NCBI RefSeq assembly: GCF_963921235.1 | Contig: NC_086097.1 | Span: forward strand, 190,590,001 to 190,654,000 | Origin: Mobula hypostoma | Lineage: Eukaryota | Direction of reading: 5' to 3' | DNA length: 64,000 nt | Shown here: positions 60,877-64,000 of the stretch, one piece after another | How positions within the stretch are numbered: position 1 is the first letter of the stretch | How the letters are laid out: every line of letters begins with the position of its first letter | Program-made: the position numbers and the translations under genes | Notes under the pieces: generated by a model | What the model saw: only the letters and a program-made list of their open reading frames with translations | The model's database searches: none | What the model was told of the DNA's origin: nothing

Positions 60877-63800
60877 TAGAGTCATAGAATACTGTAGCAC
60901 AGAAACAGGCCCATCGGTCCATCCAGTCTATGCTGAACCATTAATCTGCCTAGTGCCATTGACCTGCACTTGGACCTTTGCCCTCCATACCCCTTCCATC
61001 CATCTACCTATCCAAATTTCTCTCAATGTTGAAATCAATGCTGCATCCACACTTGCGCTGGCAGTTCATTCCACACTCTCACCACTCTCTGAGTGAAGAA
61101 TCTCCCACTCATGTTACCCTTAAACGTTTCACCTTCCCCTCTTTACCCATGACCTCTAGTTATAGTCACACCCAACCTCAGTGAAAAAGACTGCTTTCAT
61201 TTACTCTATCTATACACCTCATAATTTTGCGTACCTCTATAAAATCTCCCCAATCTTCTTTTTTCTAGGGAATAAAGTCCTAACCTATTTAACCTTTCTT
61301 ATACCTCAGGTTCTCAAGATCTGGTCACATCCTTGTAAACTTTCTCCACTCTTTCACTCCTATTTACAACTTTGCTGTAGGCAGGTGACGAAAACTGCAC
61401 GTAATAACCCAAATTAGGCTTCACCAACATCTTATCCAATTTTAACATAACATCCCAACTCTTGTACTCAATACATTGATTTATGAAGGCCAAGGCTAAA
61501 GTGCCAAAAGTTTTCTTTACAACCTTATCTACCTGTGAAGCTACTTTCAAGGAATTATGGATCTACATTCCCAGATCCCACTGTTCTACTGCACTCCTCG
61601 GCGCCCTACCGCTCATCGTGTAAGGCTTACCCTAGTTGGTCCTTCCAAGATGCAGTACCTCACACTTGTCTGGATTAAATTCCATCTTCCATTTTTCAGC
61701 CGATTTCATCAGCTGGTCTAGATCCCACTGCAAGTATTGATTGTCTTTCTCGGTGTCCAATACACCCCCCAATCTTGTTGTTATTTGCAAATTTCCTGAT
61801 CCAGTTTACTACATAACTATCCAAATCATTGATATAGTGTAGATGACAAACAACAATAGACTCAGCACTGATCGCTGTGGCACACCAGCAAACACAGCCT
61901 CCAGTCAATGAGGCTTCCATCTACAACCACTCTCTGGCTTCTTCCACAAAGCCAATATCTAATCCAATTTACCACCTCACTTTGAACGCCAAGCGACTGA
62001 TGTTCTTGATGAACCTCCCTTGTGGGACCTTGTCCATGTAGACACCATCCACTGTCTTTCCATCATCACCGTTCCTGGTAGCTTCTTCAAAAAACTCTAT
62101 AAGATTGGTTAGACTTGACTTACCATGCACAAAGCCATGTTGGCTATCACTAAACAGTCCCTGTCTATTCAAATACTTATATATCTGTTCCTTTAGAATA
62201 CCTCCCAATAACTTACCCATTACTGATGTCAGGCTCACCTACCTGTAATTTTCTGTTTTTTTTCTTTGTATTTTTCTTAGTCAGAACAACGTTAGCTATC
62301 TTCCAATCTTTCAGCACCTCAAACATAGTTAAGAAGGTGTTAAGTATCTCTGCTAGGGGCCCTACAATTTCTGCATTAGCCTCCCACAGGATTTGAGGGA
62401 ACATATTGTCAGGTCCTGAGGATTTATCTCCCCTAATTTACATCAGGGCAGGAAGCATCTTCTCCTCAGTAATCTGACTAGGGTCCATGACTTTGCTGCT
62501 GCATTGCCTCACATCTATAGACCCTGTTTCCAGCTTCCGAGTAAAAACAAATGCAAAAATATCCATTCAAGTTTGCTCCAATCTCTTCAGAGTTAATGCA
62601 TAGATAATCGCTTTGATCTTCCAGAGGAACAATTCTGTCTCTTGCAATCCTTTTGCTTTTAATGTATCTGTAGAAGCCCAAAGGATTCTCCTTCACCATA
62701 TCTTCTGGAACAGCAGTCACCAAACTCTGGGCCGCGGACCGGTACCAGGCCGCAGAGCATGTGCTACCGTGCCACAAGGGAATGATATGAGTGAGATGCA
62801 CCTTTTCCTCATTCCCTGTCACGCACTGTTGAACTTGAACATAGGGTCGCCAACTGTCCCGTATTTGCCGGGACATCCCGTATATTGGGTTAAATTGGCT
62901 TGTCCCATATTTCCCCTGCTAAGGTACAGCGTTCCTAAGAAACTTTCGCGCCGAAATGGCATGAAGCGAAGAAGCAATTACCATTAATTTATATGGGAAA
63001 AATTTTTGAGCATTTCCAGACCCAAAAAAAACCTACCAAATCATACCAAATAACACATAAAACCGAAAATAACACTAAAATATAGTAAAAATATGAATGA
63101 TATGATAAATACACAGCCTATATAAAGTAGAAATAATGTATGTACAGCATAGTCAGGAAGATGGGGGATGAACATCGGCACGTACGCGCATGCGCACGTC
63201 ACGCATTCGTACATAGGTGCCCGCGCAAGGCTTCATGGTCATGGTAGTCTTTCCAGGGGTCAAGTGTCCCGACGAAGGGAATCGGCCTGAAACGTGGTAT
63301 GTACCTCTTCCTATAGATGCTGCCTGGCCTGCTGTGTTCACCAGTAATTTTTATGTATGTTGCCGGGATTTGACTGCTACTTTTGTCCCTTATTTGGGAG
63401 TGAGAAAGTTGGCAATCCTAACTGTAAAAGACATATTCAGGTGAGTTTAACCCTACTTGAACATCACCACCCCCCGGATGGCCGGTTCTCAAGAATATTG
63501 TCAATATTAAACCAGTCCGCGGTGCATAAAAGGTTGGGGACCCCTGTGCTAGAACAACCTCATGTCTTCTTTCATCCCGCAGATTACCTTCTTAAGTGTC
63601 AACTTGTATTTCTTACATTCCTCAACTACCTCATTTGTTCCTGCCAGCCTATAGCTGTCATGCGCCTCCTTTGTTTTCAATACCTCTCAAAAGCCAAGGT
63701 TCCCTAAACCTGTCATCCTAGCCTTTTATTCTGACAGGAGTATATAAACTCTGTGCACTCAAAATTTCACTTTTGAAGGCCCCCACTTACCAAGTACACT

Positions 63801-64000
63801 TTTGCTAGAAACCAAACTGTCCCAAATCCATACCTGTCAGATCTTCTTTGATACTATTAAAATCAGACTTTTTCCAGTTTTGAATTTCAACCCGAGGACC
63901 AGACCTAAACTTCTGTCAACTTCTGACTCATTCTCTATTAGGAGATCTCGTATTATACTCTTTCTAGTTTGGACTTCTGTGTAATGATTAAGGAAACATA
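60877..64000 (-). mobile_element. CR1 ORF2, decayed, interrupted by a hAT element and running to or beyond the window end
   Basis: SLTSVMGKLL, SQHGFVHGKSSLTNLIEFFEE, KFANNNKIGG, KPNLGYY, KENPLGFYRYIKSKR; (CTATGACT) tail at ~60877. Confidence 0.88.
62711..63546. mobile_element. Non-autonomous hAT (Charlie-like) composite element
   Basis: Termini CAGCAGTCACCAAAC / GGTTGGGGACCCCTG; 8-bp flanks TTCTGGAA / TGCTAGAA (6/8, near the NTCTAGAN target). A second inverted-repeat pair TAGGGTCGCCAACT (62842) / AGTTGGCAATCCTA (ends 63420) lies inside. Confidence 0.78.

Noticed and set aside
1..64000. CRISPR array, operon or prokaryotic defence system
   Set aside because: No regularly spaced repeat-spacer array, no dense intact ORFs; the content is vertebrate transposon debris.

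Overview
This is eukaryotic, repeat-dominated vertebrate DNA, most likely from a cartilaginous fish (shark or ray). That assignment is inferred from a V-domain/HE1-type SINE plus abundant CR1, Rex1/Babar and Penelope-like (Neptune-type) elements. I found no intact host protein-coding exon, no rRNA or tRNA gene, no CRISPR array and no prokaryotic system. Most long ORFs are decayed retroelement or DNA-transposon frames, or antisense shadows of them. The main non-repeat feature is a CpG-rich block at ~36.9-39.9 kb with minus-strand splice donors and a clean non-coding exon at 35681-35813. This suggests the 5' end of an unidentified minus-strand gene, with 1-35.6 kb probably intronic. The most interesting signals are: (i) minimal hammerhead-ribozyme motifs in Penelope-like terminal repeats, one core-intact inside a 196-bp fold-back insertion with a 14-bp TSD; (ii) a 534-bp ORF1-only, triple zinc-knuckle LINE fragment with a perfect 12-bp TSD and no 3' tail; (iii) unusual retrotransposition junctions (a twin-priming-like Rex1 inversion and a head-to-head CR1 pair); (iv) a composite hAT element and a probable Chapaev3 fossil. 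I cannot support a wholly new biological system. Family names come from motif recognition, not database searches, and boundaries of old repeats are approximate.
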